From positions 224,001-288,000 of the forward strand of contig CAVPHD010000004.1 of the NCBI GenBank assembly GCA_963704165.1: 64,000 bases of DNA, written 5' to 3'. The stretch comes from an uncultured delta proteobacterium (GTDB taxonomy: Bacteria; Myxococcota_A; UBA9160; SZUA-336). The notes beneath the pieces are model-generated. The model made no database searches, was not told the DNA's origin, and saw nothing but the letters and a program-made list of their open reading frames with translations. Shown piece by piece: positions 1 to 9,668 of the stretch; positions within the stretch are counted from its first letter, which is position 1; each line of letters begins with the position of its first letter. Made by a program: the position numbers and the translations under genes.

Positions 1-41
1 GGATCTTCGGCGTCTGGCGCGCCTTTCGGATCGGACTCTAG
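1..41 (+). CDS. 3' end of a NirF-like heme d1 biosynthesis protein (partial)
   Basis: Frame 3 reads IFGVWRAFRIGL*, resembling the NirF C-terminus (GIFxxxRAxxIGL); directly upstream of the NirDLGH-like gene. Only 12 codons are visible. Confidence 0.55.
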   Translation, partial: IFGVWRAFRIGL

Positions 42-43
42 CG

Positions 44-1051
44 ATGGGACTGTCCGATTCGGATCGAAATCGGCTGGTGCGGCACGTGCAGGACGCGATT
101 CCGTTCGTCGAGAAGCCGTTCGGAGTGATCGCGTCCGATCTCGGGCTCGACGAAGCCGAAGTGCTCGCGGAGCTCTGCGCGCTGCGGGAGTCGGGCCTGC
201 TCCGCGAGATCTCTGCCGTGCTCGAGGGGAGCGCGCTCGGGTACGACAGCGCGCTGGTCGCGGGCACCGTCGCCCCGGCCGATCTTGCGCGCGTCGTCGA
301 GGTGGTCAACGCGCACCCGACGGTGACGCACAACTACCTGCGGGAGCACGCGTACAACCTCTGGTTCACGATCGCGGTCCCGGTCGAGATGGGCCTCGAC
401 GCGACCTTGCGCGCGCTCGCTCGCGCAGCCGGAGTCGAGACCTTCCACGCCCTGCGGCGGACCGTGACCTTCAAGATCGGCGTCAACTTCGATCTCGAGA
501 CCGGCACCAACAAGACCGAGGCCCAGGAGATCGTCCCGGTCGCACCGATGCACGCGAGCGAGCAGGACCGCCGGATCTTCCGCGCGCTGCAGACGCCGCT
601 GCCGCTCGTCGCGCGCCCGTTCGACGAGGTCGCGCGCTCGTGCGGATGCTCGACCGACGAATTGCTGCGTTTCGCTCGCTCCCACCTCGGTGGCGCGATT
701 CGCCGCTACGTGGGCACGCTTCGGCACCGCAAGGCGGGCGTGCGCGCGAACGGAATGGCGGTCTGGCAAGTCGAAGGCGGCGACGTGGAGCGGGTCGGCC
801 GCAGGCTCGCTGCCGCTCCCGAGGTCAGCCACTGCTACGCGCGAAATTCGATCGCCGGATTCCCGTACACCGTCTACAGCATGCTGCACGCGCCCACGCG
901 CGAGGCGTGCCTGTCGATCGCGGCCGGGCTTTCCGAGCAGATCGCCGTCTCCGACTACGTGGTCCTGTTCAGCGTCGAGGAGTACAAGAAGGTCAGGCTT
1001 CGCTACTTCCTGCCCGAGCTCGACCAGTGGTGGGAGGCGCATCGCCGCTAG
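44..1051 (+). CDS. Fused siroheme decarboxylase (AhbA/AhbB, NirDL/NirGH-like; two Lrp/AsnC-type repeats)
   Basis: Two repeats of P+xxxPFxx+A HTH followed by VTHNYLREHAYNLWFT and VSHCYAR...FPYTVYSMLH. Confidence 0.88.
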   Translation: MGLSDSDRNRLVRHVQDAIPFVEKPFGVIASDLGLDEAEVLAELCALRESGLLREISAVLEGSALGYDSALVAGTVAPADLARVVEVVNAHPTVTHNYLREHAYNLWFTIAVPVEMGLDATLRALARAAGVETFHALRRTVTFKIGVNFDLETGTNKTEAQEIVPVAPMHASEQDRRIFRALQTPLPLVARPFDEVARSCGCSTDELLRFARSHLGGAIRRYVGTLRHRKAGVRANGMAVWQVEGGDVERVGRRLAAAPEVSHCYARNSIAGFPYTVYSMLHAPTREACLSIAAGLSEQIAVSDYVVLFSVEEYKKVRLRYFLPELDQWWEAHRR

Positions 1052-1084
1052 CGCATCCGACCGAATCGATCCCGCGCACGACGG

Positions 1085-2224
1085 TCACTTCGACTCGATC
1101 ACCCCCGGTGCCTTGATCTGCTCCAAGAGATCGTTGTCCCACTCGCCCTCGACCACGACGTGCGCCGCGGCTCCCTTCAGGACCGCGTCGATCAGGTTGT
1201 GGTTCAGGTACACGTACAGACCCGGCTGCTCGAACGTGTAGAGAGCCGCTCCAGCGGTTCCGCCCGGAATGAACCAGGTCTCCTGGTTCGTCTGGGGCGG
1301 ATCGTTGAAGGAGCCCGTCGCCCACACGAAATCCCCGTGACCGCCGATCAGGTGCGGTCGAGTGTCTCGATTGGCCTGCGAGTGGAGGAACAGGACGGTC
1401 TCTCCGACGTTGGCCTTGAGTGCATGCTCGCCGGTCAGCGCGCCCACGGCGCCATTGAACACGACATGGCTGGGCTCGTTGGTGAGCATCACTTCGAGCG
1501 TGTCGGGCATGGCGGTCAAGACCGAGTCGAAGTTCTTGTACTTCCCATCGCTACCCTTGGGAATGTAGAGATCCTGCTCGCCGATGTAGTACGCGCGGTC
1601 GTAGTGTAGCGGGTTCCCCTTCGGATCCTTCAGGCCGTCGCGTGGAAGAACCATGATCGCGCCGTTCATTCCCGTCACGACGTGGTAGGGGATCATCGCG
1701 CCGCCGGGCGCACAGTGGTAGACGAAGACGCCGGGCTTGGTCGCCTTGAAGCGAATCGTCGCTTCCTGGCCGGGAGCGATCAGCGAGAGACCCGCGCCCC
1801 CGAGCGCGCCCGTGGCGGCGTGGAAGTCGATGTTGTGACTCATCACGTTGCCAGGGAAACCATCCCAGTGCTCCGGATTTGCGACGCCGGGCGCTTTTCG
1901 GGGTCTGTTGACCAGTGTGAGCTCCACGTAGTCGTTCTGGTGCACGACGATCATCGGCCCCGGAACGGTTCCCTGAAAGGTCATCGCATTGATCGTCGTT
2001 CCGTCCGGATCGATGACGAGCCTGCGTTCCTCGACCTCGAGTCGGACCTCGACGATCCTCGGGCCACCGTCGGCCTTCTGCGAGTGCTTCGGGAGCAACG
2101 GCGGTGCCACGAGGACCTGCTTCACGCGCGGAAGCCCCTTGGCCTTCGAAGGCTTGTCCGCCAGCACCGTGGCTGCGGGGAAGCAGATGGCAACGGCCAG
2201 GAACGCGCAGGCGACTCGTTTCAT
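1085..2224 (-). CDS. nirK: Copper-containing nitrite reductase
   Basis: Signal peptide; HNIDFH, YHCAP...[22 protein letters not shown] and YLNHNLI copper-ligand/catalytic motifs. Confidence 0.97.
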   Translation of the reverse strand: MKRVACAFLAVAICFPAATVLADKPSKAKGLPRVKQVLVAPPLLPKHSQKADGGPRIVEVRLEVEERRLVIDPDGTTINAMTFQGTVPGPMIVVHQNDYVELTLVNRPRKAPGVANPEHWDGFPGNVMSHNIDFHAATGALGGAGLSLIAPGQEATIRFKATKPGVFVYHCAPGGAMIPYHVVTGMNGAIMVLPRDGLKDPKGNPLHYDRAYYIGEQDLYIPKGSDGKYKNFDSVLTAMPDTLEVMLTNEPSHVVFNGAVGALTGEHALKANVGETVLFLHSQANRDTRPHLIGGHGDFVWATGSFNDPPQTNQETWFIPGGTAGAALYTFEQPGLYVYLNHNLIDAVLKGAAAHVVVEGEWDNDLLEQIKAPGVIESK

Positions 2225-2976
2225 TTCCTGTTCTCCTCGGTGTCTCGATCATGGTGTGGAAGTGGAGGGTTGGCGGGGTGTTCGACCGCCTTGGAATCAC
2301 ATCCGGAAGTCACATCGCACGGCGCGCCGTCCGTCGCCTGCGCGAGCAGCGAGCGCACGGCACGCTCCATCTCTGGAAGCGGTGACCCCGAGAAGAAGAG
2401 CCCACGTGTGCGGCCATCGCCGTCGAGCAGGTAGATCTGCTGCGCGTGGGTGTAGAGGTACGACTTCTCGGTGAACGACTTCGAGCGGTGGTACTCCGTG
2501 CTCACCTCTACGTCGTGCGTGCGATGGTGTTCCGCCATGTAGAGGGCCGCGATCCGGTTGATCTGCTCGGGAGTTCCGGTGAGACCCACGAAGCGGGAGT
2601 CGAACTGCGCGAGATACGTCGCGAGTGTCTCCGCGGTGTCGGTCTCGGGGTCGACGGTGACGAAGAGAACTTGCACGCCTTCCGCCGCCGTCCCGAGGCG
2701 ACCGACCAGCGCATCGAGGTGAGCGAGCGTGACCGGGCAGACATCCTGGCAGCTCGTGTACCCGAAGAAGAGCAGCACGACCTTGCCGCGGTAGTCGGTC
2801 GTACGCACCTCGTGACCGAGACTGCTCGGCGCAGCGAAATCGCCCCCGATGCCGTCGAGGATCGGCAGTGCTTCGTCGGAATTCGCGCGTACCGCAGAGG
2901 CAGCGCCGAGGCTCAGCGTCAGGAGCGCGCCGGCGAGAAGCAGATAGGCGCGCACTCGGCAACGCGGCTCAATCAC
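2221..2976 (-). CDS. SCO family copper chaperone
   Basis: [12 protein letters not shown] (CxxxC), FVTVDPETD, downstream His ([11 protein letters not shown]); probable GTG start at 2976 overlapping the upstream stop. Confidence 0.9.
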   Translation of the reverse strand: MIEPRCRVRAYLLLAGALLTLSLGAASAVRANSDEALPILDGIGGDFAAPSSLGHEVRTTDYRGKVVLLFFGYTSCQDVCPVTLAHLDALVGRLGTAAEGVQVLFVTVDPETDTAETLATYLAQFDSRFVGLTGTPEQINRIAALYMAEHHRTHDVEVSTEYHRSKSFTEKSYLYTHAQQIYLLDGDGRTRGLFFSGSPLPEMERAVRSLLAQATDGAPCDVTSGCDSKAVEHPANPPLPHHDRDTEENRK

Positions 2977-3508
2977 AGACGATCCGCGGCCCGGTCCCGG
3001 GGAACGGAAGGGCGAGACGCTGATCGATCTGCACCACGCTGGGCACACCGTCGGCGCTGAAGCGCAACCGCCAAGTCTGGTCGAAGCGAGCAACGTGGAT
3101 GGATCGGTCCGCGAAATGCGCTCTCCGCTCGACTTCGAATCGGGCACGGTACAGGCCGCCGGGCTCGAGCGTGATCCGTATCGAGTCGATGGCGTATTCG
3201 ACTCGCGCGCTCGACGGCCGAAGCTCTTCGAGCCAGATCGCGACATCGTCCGTGCGCCGCCCGGCCGTGTCGGCGACGGAGATCTCGAGCGACGACCCGA
3301 GTTCAAGTGCCGCCAGCGACCGTTGCTGCGCCGGGGCGGCCGCGAGCTCATGGAACCAGTCGCGGATTCGGGACTCGATCGCGTCAGCGGGCGCCTGAAC
3401 GACCTCGGGGCTCAGGCTCGAGTCCGGTTCGCCCTTGGTCGCTGGGACCGCGGCGATCAAAACCACAAGGGTCGTGAGAAGCGATGAGGTGCTCGAGGAT
3501 CCGCTCAT
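2969..3508 (-). CDS. Secreted hypothetical protein (possibly NTF2/SnoaL-like), first gene of the nirK unit
   Basis: Hydrophobic N-terminal signal; helix followed by beta-rich pattern; overlaps the SCO start. Confidence 0.6.
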   Translation of the reverse strand: MSGSSSTSSLLTTLVVLIAAVPATKGEPDSSLSPEVVQAPADAIESRIRDWFHELAAAPAQQRSLAALELGSSLEISVADTAGRRTDDVAIWLEELRPSSARVEYAIDSIRITLEPGGLYRARFEVERRAHFADRSIHVARFDQTWRLRFSADGVPSVVQIDQRLALPFPGTGPRIVCD

Positions 3509-3702
3509 TTAGGGCTCATTCGAGGCGTGTCACGGGCCTCGTCGTCAAACCGTGTAGAAGAGAACGTGAGCAGCAATCGGCCTGGTCGGGAATGCCCCTA
3601 GCCTGCCATGCGGATTCGGTTGCAGATCCAGCGCGCGAACTCGTTCGCGGATATCGCCCCCTCGCTCGCTCAAACAGCCTCGCACCCGAACCGCTCGCCG
3701 GA

Positions 3703-3718
3703 TATGACCGCGGTCATA
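3703..3718. promoter_or_regulatory. Crp/Fnr-type palindrome TATGAC-N4-GTCATA upstream of the nirK unit
   Basis: TATGAC-CGCG-GTCATA; identical arms recur at 17531-17546 beside the Crp/Fnr gene. Confidence 0.7.
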
Positions 3719-5066
3719 GGGGCGGTCCGCCGCGCCGCACCGCATTCGCGAGGCCGGCGAGGAGCGCGAGCCCGGTCGTCATGAGAAGTACACCCGCGGC
3801 GCGAGCGAGCGAGTCGGAGCGCAGCGCGATCGCCAGTCCGCCGACGACCAGCGTCGTCGAGTGCAGCGCGAAGCAGGTCTGCGTCCACGAATCGGGAAGG
3901 AGCGCGCGGGCCGAGGGCACGCCGGGCTCACCGGCGCGCGGTGCAAATCGGTGCAGCCATACCAGGAACGGAACGATCCGCCCGAGCATTCCGTGGACGA
4001 TCATCCCGGCCCAGCCGAAGAGCGCGAGCCAGCCGAGCAATACGCCCCAACGCGGATCGGCGGCGAAGTAGGCGACCACCGCGACGATCCCGCAGAAGGG
4101 CGCGACGAGAAGCGCGGTGTTCCAGAAGAGCAGGTTCGGATCCGAGCGGCGTCGCCGTCGCACGCGAAGGCTCCGGAGGATCACGAACGGATGAATCCCC
4201 CAAACCGCGACGACCGCGGGGAGCGCCGCGGCTGCGGCCAGGCGCGAGGCGTGGACGTCGCTGTCGCCGATCGCGCCCGTGTAGAAGAGCACGAGCACGA
4301 CGACCGGAAGCAGCGCGCCGGCAGTCGCGAGTCCCGCCACCCAGCGCCTCGAGGTCGGGTGAACCTGCGGCGAGAGAGTGAAGAGCGGGAGCACCTGCCA
4401 CGAGACCGCGACGATCAGGCCTCCGACCCAGCCGAGCAGTCCCACGCACAGGTGCACCTGGATGAACAGCCCGCGTGGCCCGGGAAAGCGCATGCCGCTG
4501 TGGCCGTGCGCCATCCAGAGACCGAGCAGCGCCGTCAAGAAGAAGGCGAGCAGGGCGGCCATCATCCCGACCACGGTCTCGTTTCGCACGGGAGCGCGGA
4601 AGAGCGCGCGCCCGATCGGAATCACGAAGAGCAGCACGGCGGGGGTGATCAGCGCGATGGCCCAGAAGACCAGGCGCGGAAATCCTCCCACGATGCCGAC
4701 GATCAGGCCCGCGACCCCGATCACGAAGAGCGCGTGAACGGTGTGCCCGACACGGATACGGCCGACCGGGTTGCCCGCGATGACCGCCGTCATCTGGTAG
4801 AGCGCGCCCATCATCACGAGCGTCAAGAATCCGAGTGTTCCGAGGTGCGCGATCGCGAGCGTGATCGACGCGAATCCCGTTGCGATCGAGTACTCCCCGT
4901 AGGTGGCGAGCAGCGCCCCGGCCGCGAGGAAGGCGAGCGGTGCCGTCAGGAAGAACGAGAGCGGAACCCAGAGTGGTGGCGCGCTGGAGAGTTGGAGCCC
5001 GTCGGTCTTCAACGCGATGGACTCAATCGTCGGCCGGACGCTCGACGTAGACGAGTCCGCTCCCAT
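3714..5066 (-). CDS. Polytopic membrane protein with conserved His residues (NnrS/heme-Cu-oxidase-like family, usually next to DUF2249 genes)
   Basis: About 12 hydrophobic segments; HLGTLGF, GALYQM, HLCVGLLGW, GMLGRIVPFLVW. Confidence 0.7.
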   Translation of the reverse strand: MGADSSTSSVRPTIESIALKTDGLQLSSAPPLWVPLSFFLTAPLAFLAAGALLATYGEYSIATGFASITLAIAHLGTLGFLTLVMMGALYQMTAVIAGNPVGRIRVGHTVHALFVIGVAGLIVGIVGGFPRLVFWAIALITPAVLLFVIPIGRALFRAPVRNETVVGMMAALLAFFLTALLGLWMAHGHSGMRFPGPRGLFIQVHLCVGLLGWVGGLIVAVSWQVLPLFTLSPQVHPTSRRWVAGLATAGALLPVVVLVLFYTGAIGDSDVHASRLAAAAALPAVVAVWGIHPFVILRSLRVRRRRRSDPNLLFWNTALLVAPFCGIVAVVAYFAADPRWGVLLGWLALFGWAGMIVHGMLGRIVPFLVWLHRFAPRAGEPGVPSARALLPDSWTQTCFALHSTTLVVGGLAIALRSDSLARAAGVLLMTTGLALLAGLANAVRRGGPPL

Positions 5067-5436
5067 CGGACTCTTCGACAGCCGCCCAGAGCAGCCGCTT
5101 CTGCTCGAGGATGGGCAGGAGCATCCGCGGGAGTCGCGGTGTCCGCGCGGCGATCGCAGCTCCGGGGGCGAGACTCGCGCAGGCTCCGAGGATTCTCTCC
5201 ATCGGTTCGGGTGCAGGCAGGTCGCGCAGGTCGAGAACCGCGTCCGGGGGAAGGCGACTCACTCGCGCGAAGAACTCCGCGGCGTCGACGGAGTTCCGAA
5301 AGCCCGGGGCTGCGACGAATGACGGATGTGCGCCCGTCTCCGATCCGCTTCCCTCCGTCGGACGGGAAGGCTTGCGCTCCGATCTGTCGTTGCTCACGTC
5401 GCGCGATACCCTACCCGCAATCACGGAGGTTCGCAT
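5023..5436 (-). CDS. DUF2249 (TusA-like) domain protein; true start probably downstream of 5436
   Basis: LDLRDLPAPEPMERILGACASLAPG...PRLPRMLLPILEQ. Confidence 0.72.
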   Translation of the reverse strand: MRTSVIAGRVSRDVSNDRSERKPSRPTEGSGSETGAHPSFVAAPGFRNSVDAAEFFARVSRLPPDAVLDLRDLPAPEPMERILGACASLAPGAAIAARTPRLPRMLLPILEQKRLLWAAVEESDGSGLVYVERPADD

Positions 5437-5884
5437 GACGGACGCGGCTCAGGGACTCGTAGAGCACTTCACGAACGACCATCGAACCTGTGACGAACTC
5501 TGGGGCGATGTCGAGGCCGCGGGCGAGGCAGGCGATCGCGCGCGGACCGAGGCCGCGTGGAAGCGCTTCGACCTCGCCATGCGCACCCACCTCGGCCACG
5601 AGGAGGAAACCCTCTTTCCCGCGTTTGAAGCCGCGACGGGAATGACGAACGCCGGGCCGACCTTCGTGATGCGCTCCGAGCACGTGCAGATGCGCGCGCT
5701 GCTCGACCGGATGCAGGCCGCGGTCGATCGGGGCGATCTCCGCGAGCTGCTCGATCAGGGGGATTCACTCCTGATCCTGATCGGGCAGCACAACTCGAAA
5801 GAGGAAGGGATGCTCTACCCGTTGGCGGAGCGCGCCCTCGCCGCGAAGTGGCCGGAGATCCGCGCGCGCGTCCAGGCGCGCTAG
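5435..5884 (+). CDS. Hemerythrin/HHE cation-binding protein
   Basis: DHRTCD, HLGHEEETLFP, EHVQMR, QHNSKEEGMLYP; GGAGG RBS before ATG 5435. Confidence 0.9.
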   Translation: MTDAAQGLVEHFTNDHRTCDELWGDVEAAGEAGDRARTEAAWKRFDLAMRTHLGHEEETLFPAFEAATGMTNAGPTFVMRSEHVQMRALLDRMQAAVDRGDLRELLDQGDSLLILIGQHNSKEEGMLYPLAERALAAKWPEIRARVQAR

Positions 5885-5890
5885 CCGGGA

Positions 5891-7168
5891 TCAGCGGCCG
5901 CCGGCCAGCAGCGCCGCGACGGTGGCGTGGGGCTCGAGCGTAGCTTCGCGGCGACGCACGGCGGCAAACGCCTCGTCGCTGACGGCCAGCGTCTTGTCGA
6001 CGTCTCCCTCCCCGAGGGCCGCGCACACGAACATGTTGTGCCACGGGTGCAGATAGACACCGCGCTTCACCGCTTCCCCGGTCCAAGCAAAGCCGCGCCG
6101 GAAGTCCGGGTCGTCCTCGAACCGGACGAGCGGCATCTGCGCGGGCCCGGTCTGGCGCAGCCGATAGCCATGCGCGGCGGCCAGCTCCGCCAGTCCCTGG
6201 CGCAGTCTCGTTCCGAGGCTGCGCGTGCGTTCCAGATAGTCGGACTCGCGAACCCGTCGAAGGGTCGCCAGGGCGGCGGCCATCGGCGCGGCCTGGAACC
6301 AGAACGAGCCCGTGACGTACAGCCGGCTCGCAGCCGCGCGCACGTTCTCGGAACCGAGAAGGGCCGAGATCGCGTGCCCGTTCGCCAGGCATTTTCCCCA
6401 GGCGGAAAGGTCCGGAGCAACACCGAGGTGTGTCCAAGAGCCATCGCGAGACAGGCGAAATCCGCCGCGCACCTCGTCCAGGATCAGGAGCGCGGAGCTC
6501 CGGTCGCAGTGTTCGCGGACCGCGCGCGCGAATTCCGGCGTGGGAAGCTCCTGGTCGACGAAGGCATCGTGCTTGAATGCCGAGACGAACACACCCGCGA
6601 GATCGGTGCCGGCCTCGCGGACGGCGCGCTCGAGGCTGTCGAGATCGTTGTAGACGAACGAGATCAGGTGAGCGCGGTCCTCCGCCACGACGCCCGCCGG
6701 CACCGGCGTGCTCCAAGGCTGCGCGCCGTGGTACGCGCCCTTCGCGATCAGGATCTTGCGGCGGCCCGTGTGCGCGCGCGCTGCCATCATCGCGAGCGTC
6801 GTCGCGTCACTGCCGTTCTTGCAGAACATCGCCCAGTCCGCGTGTGCGACCATCGCGACCAGCTCTTCCGCGAGGTCGACCATCAGCTCCGTCGGTCCGG
6901 TCAGCGCGTCGCCGCGCGCGAGCTGCTCGATCGCGGCGCGGTCGATCTCGGCGTCCGCGTAACCGAACAGGTTCGGTCCGTAGGCGCACATGTAGTCGAT
7001 GTATTCGTTGCCGTCCGCGTCCCAGAGCCGCGAGCCAGCGGCGCGCGAGAAGAACTGCGGATACCCCGCGGGCAGAAGCGCCGTCGATTCGTGCCCGTAC
7101 ATCCCCCCGGGGATCACGCGCGCCGCGCGTTCCCGCAGCTCTGCATCCCGGCTCATCGATCGCGGCAT
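5891..7168 (-). CDS. Class III PLP aminotransferase (GSA-aminomutase-like)
   Basis: WDADGNEYIDY, KNGSDAT, YHG, LILDEVRGGFR, WGKCLANG. Confidence 0.9.
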   Translation of the reverse strand: MPRSMSRDAELRERAARVIPGGMYGHESTALLPAGYPQFFSRAAGSRLWDADGNEYIDYMCAYGPNLFGYADAEIDRAAIEQLARGDALTGPTELMVDLAEELVAMVAHADWAMFCKNGSDATTLAMMAARAHTGRRKILIAKGAYHGAQPWSTPVPAGVVAEDRAHLISFVYNDLDSLERAVREAGTDLAGVFVSAFKHDAFVDQELPTPEFARAVREHCDRSSALLILDEVRGGFRLSRDGSWTHLGVAPDLSAWGKCLANGHAISALLGSENVRAAASRLYVTGSFWFQAAPMAAALATLRRVRESDYLERTRSLGTRLRQGLAELAAAHGYRLRQTGPAQMPLVRFEDDPDFRRGFAWTGEAVKRGVYLHPWHNMFVCAALGEGDVDKTLAVSDEAFAAVRRREATLEPHATVAALLAGGR

Positions 7169-7217
7169 CGGGTCATGGCCTCCGCGGCTGTTGCGTCTCC
7201 ACTATACCGTGACGGAG

Positions 7218-7280
7218 TTGACGTCGGGTCGCGAACCGGTCTAGCATGCGCTTGAAAACGAAATCGCGTTTCTGTTTTTC
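7218..7280 (+). promoter_or_regulatory. Sigma70 promoter plus A/T-rich imperfect palindrome (probable TetR operator)
   Basis: TTGACG-18-TAGCAT followed by GAAAACGAAA-TCGCG-TTTCTGTTTTTC over the predicted +1. Confidence 0.55.
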
Positions 7281-7309
7281 TCGTCTCTGACGTATTTCGG
7301 GAGGAAGCG

Positions 7310-8491
7310 ATGAGCGGAACGACGAGGTTGGAGTTGGTCGAGCGGGCGCGGAAGCTGGCGCCGGCGCTGGCGGCGCGGGCCGAGGAGTGCGAGCGACTGC
7401 GGCGGCTCCCGGACGCGACGATCGAGGATTTCCGCCGCGAGGGCCTGCTTCGCGCCTTCGTCGCGCCGACGTACGGCGGTTACGGGCTCGAACTCGCGAC
7501 GGTGATCGAGACCTCGCGCGAGATCGGACGGGCGTGCGGCAACAGCGCATGGTGTCTGGCGATCTGCACGCTCCACAATCACATCGTGTCGGCCTTTCCG
7601 GACGCGGTGCAGGCTCAGGTGTTCGCGCGGGGTCCCGATCCGGTCGTCTGCGGCGTGTTCGTGCCGGGCGGGACGGCCGTCGCGACGGACGGCGGCTACC
7701 GCCTCTCGGGACGCTGGGACTTCGCCAGCACCTGCGACCACGCGGACTTCGCGGTGCTCGCCGCCTTCGTGGTCCCGGCGCCGGGCGCCGAGCCGACGGG
7801 CATGGCGAGCTTCCTGATCGAGCGCGCGCAGTTCTCGATCGAGGACAATTGGCACGTGTCGGGCTTGTCGGGCACCGGGAGCAAGCGCGTCATCGTCGAC
7901 GACGTGACGGTCGCGGCCGAGCGCGCGCTGCCCACGTCGCTCGACGCCGCGATCACCGGCGATCGCGAAATCACGGCGCGCGGCCGGCAGTCGGCCGGGC
8001 TTCCCGGAAGCTCGGTCGCGACCCTCGGGCTCGCCGGAGTGGCGCTCGGTATCGCGTACGGTGCGATCGACCGCTTTCGCGAGCGACTGTCGAGCAAGCT
8101 GCGAATCGCGTCGCCGAAGTCCGTCGAGCAGAACGTCGGCGCGCAGCTTCGCTTGGCCGAAGCGGCGACCGAGGTCGACGCCGCGGAGCTGCTCGTGCTT
8201 CGGGACTGCGAGGAAATGACCGCCGACGCGCAGGCCGGGCGACCCGCGACCCTGCTTCAGCGCGCTCGCTACCGGCGCGACGCTGCGTGGGCGGTGCAGA
8301 CCTGCGCGCGTGCGGTGCAGCGGCTGCAGCCGGCCGCCGGCGCGCACGGAATCTTCCTGGATCAGCCGATCCAGCGCGCGACGCGCGACATCCAGGCCTT
8401 CGCCGCGCACGTCGTGTCCGACTGGGACGCGAGCGGTGAGTCCTACGCGCGCGCGCTGCTCGGCCTGCCGAAGAACGATCCCCTGGTCTGA
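7310..8491 (+). CDS. Flavin-dependent monooxygenase, acyl-CoA dehydrogenase fold (HsaA-like)
   Basis: RRLP, GYRLSGRWDFASTCDHAD, DNWHVSGLSGTGS, IQRATRD. Confidence 0.88.
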   Translation: MSGTTRLELVERARKLAPALAARAEECERLRRLPDATIEDFRREGLLRAFVAPTYGGYGLELATVIETSREIGRACGNSAWCLAICTLHNHIVSAFPDAVQAQVFARGPDPVVCGVFVPGGTAVATDGGYRLSGRWDFASTCDHADFAVLAAFVVPAPGAEPTGMASFLIERAQFSIEDNWHVSGLSGTGSKRVIVDDVTVAAERALPTSLDAAITGDREITARGRQSAGLPGSSVATLGLAGVALGIAYGAIDRFRERLSSKLRIASPKSVEQNVGAQLRLAEAATEVDAAELLVLRDCEEMTADAQAGRPATLLQRARYRRDAAWAVQTCARAVQRLQPAAGAHGIFLDQPIQRATRDIQAFAAHVVSDWDASGESYARALLGLPKNDPLV

Positions 8492-8509
8492 AACGAGGAG
8501 GGCATCCCG

Positions 8510-9025
8510 ATGGCATCGCCGAAGAAGCTCGCGCACATCGCGCTGGCGACGAACGACGTGACCCGAATGCGAGACTGGTACTGCCGCGTGCTCGAGGCGC
8601 GCGTGGTCTTCGAGAACGAAATGCTCTGCTTCACGACCTACGACGACGAACACCACCGGGTGGTCTTCGCCAAGCCGCCGGGATTCGAGGCGAAGCCCGG
8701 CACGGCGCAGAACCTGCACCACTTCTCGTTCACGTACGCGACGCTGGGCGAGCTGCTCGCGACGTACGAGCGACTGCGAGACGACGACATCCGACCCTGG
8801 TGGACGATCCACCACGGCCCGACGCTGTCGATGTACTACCGCGACCCCGACGGGAACAACGTCGAGCTGCAGATCGACACCATGACGATGGATCAGGCCG
8901 GCGAGTTCCTCCGCAGCGGCGCGTTCGCGAAGAACCCGATCGGAATTCCGTTCGACCCCGAGGAGCTCGTCTCGCGTCATCGAGCGGGTGCGAGCGAGAC
9001 GGAGCTCTTGCGGTATGGCAGCTGA
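8510..9025 (+). CDS. VOC family protein (extradiol dioxygenase-like)
   Basis: LAHIAL, TYDDEHHR, HHFSF, HGPTLSMYYRDPDGNNVELQID. Confidence 0.88.
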   Translation: MASPKKLAHIALATNDVTRMRDWYCRVLEARVVFENEMLCFTTYDDEHHRVVFAKPPGFEAKPGTAQNLHHFSFTYATLGELLATYERLRDDDIRPWWTIHHGPTLSMYYRDPDGNNVELQIDTMTMDQAGEFLRSGAFAKNPIGIPFDPEELVSRHRAGASETELLRYGS

Positions 9026-9668
9026 CTCCGCCCTCGGCGCTTCGGCCGACCGGCTCGAATCCGTCGTCGAGACCGCGGAACGGCTTTTCGCGTCGCGTGG
9101 CTTCGAGAAGACCGGAATGCGCGAGCTGGCGGCCGAGACGGGGATCTCGACCGCGACGATCTACGCGCGATTCCGAAGCAAGCGGCGGCTGCTCGCGGAG
9201 ATCGTCGAACGTCGCCTCGACGAGGCGCTGCAGATCGCGGACGGATTTCCGGTCGCGACCGACGACTCGTCCGGACCGACACACCCGCTCGACGTGTATC
9301 TCGACACGATCCGCAGACTCAATCGTCACTTCTCCGGCGACCCGTTGCTGCGCCGGATCTTCGCGTTCGAGAGCCACGTGCGCGACCGCCGCGTCCTGCA
9401 GCACGCTCGGCGGGTCGATCGAGAGCTGACCGCGCGTTCGGCCGCCACGCTCGCGCGCCTGTCGGCCGACGGCTGGATCCGCTGCGAAGACCCGGAGGCC
9501 CTCGCGCACTTGATCAGCCTGAGCGTGCAGGGCTGGCTCGCCTACGAGAGCCGCCACGGCGCACCGCTCAGTGAGGAGCGTCTGACCGCCGCGTTGATCG
9601 AGTCACTTCGCGCGCTGGCGCTTCCCGGGCCGTCGCGATCCCGAACCACCACGAGGAGACCCAGATGA
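9015..9668 (+). CDS. TetR family regulator
   Basis: AERLFASRGFEKTGMRELAAETGISTATIYARFRSK HTH. Confidence 0.9.
   Translation: MAADSALGASADRLESVVETAERLFASRGFEKTGMRELAAETGISTATIYARFRSKRRLLAEIVERRLDEALQIADGFPVATDDSSGPTHPLDVYLDTIRRLNRHFSGDPLLRRIFAFESHVRDRRVLQHARRVDRELTARSAATLARLSADGWIRCEDPEALAHLISLSVQGWLAYESRHGAPLSEERLTAALIESLRALALPGPSRSRTTTRRPR

Noticed and set aside
3593..3608. GG-N10-GC sigma54-like site on the minus strand upstream of the nirK unit
   Set aside because: The -12 element is GGGC rather than TTGC, and such spacing is common by chance at this GC content
5891..7168. Calling the aminotransferase hemL because heme genes are nearby
   Set aside because: It lacks the typical HemL PGGVNSPVRAF and FxGCYHGH motifs; left as class III aminotransferase
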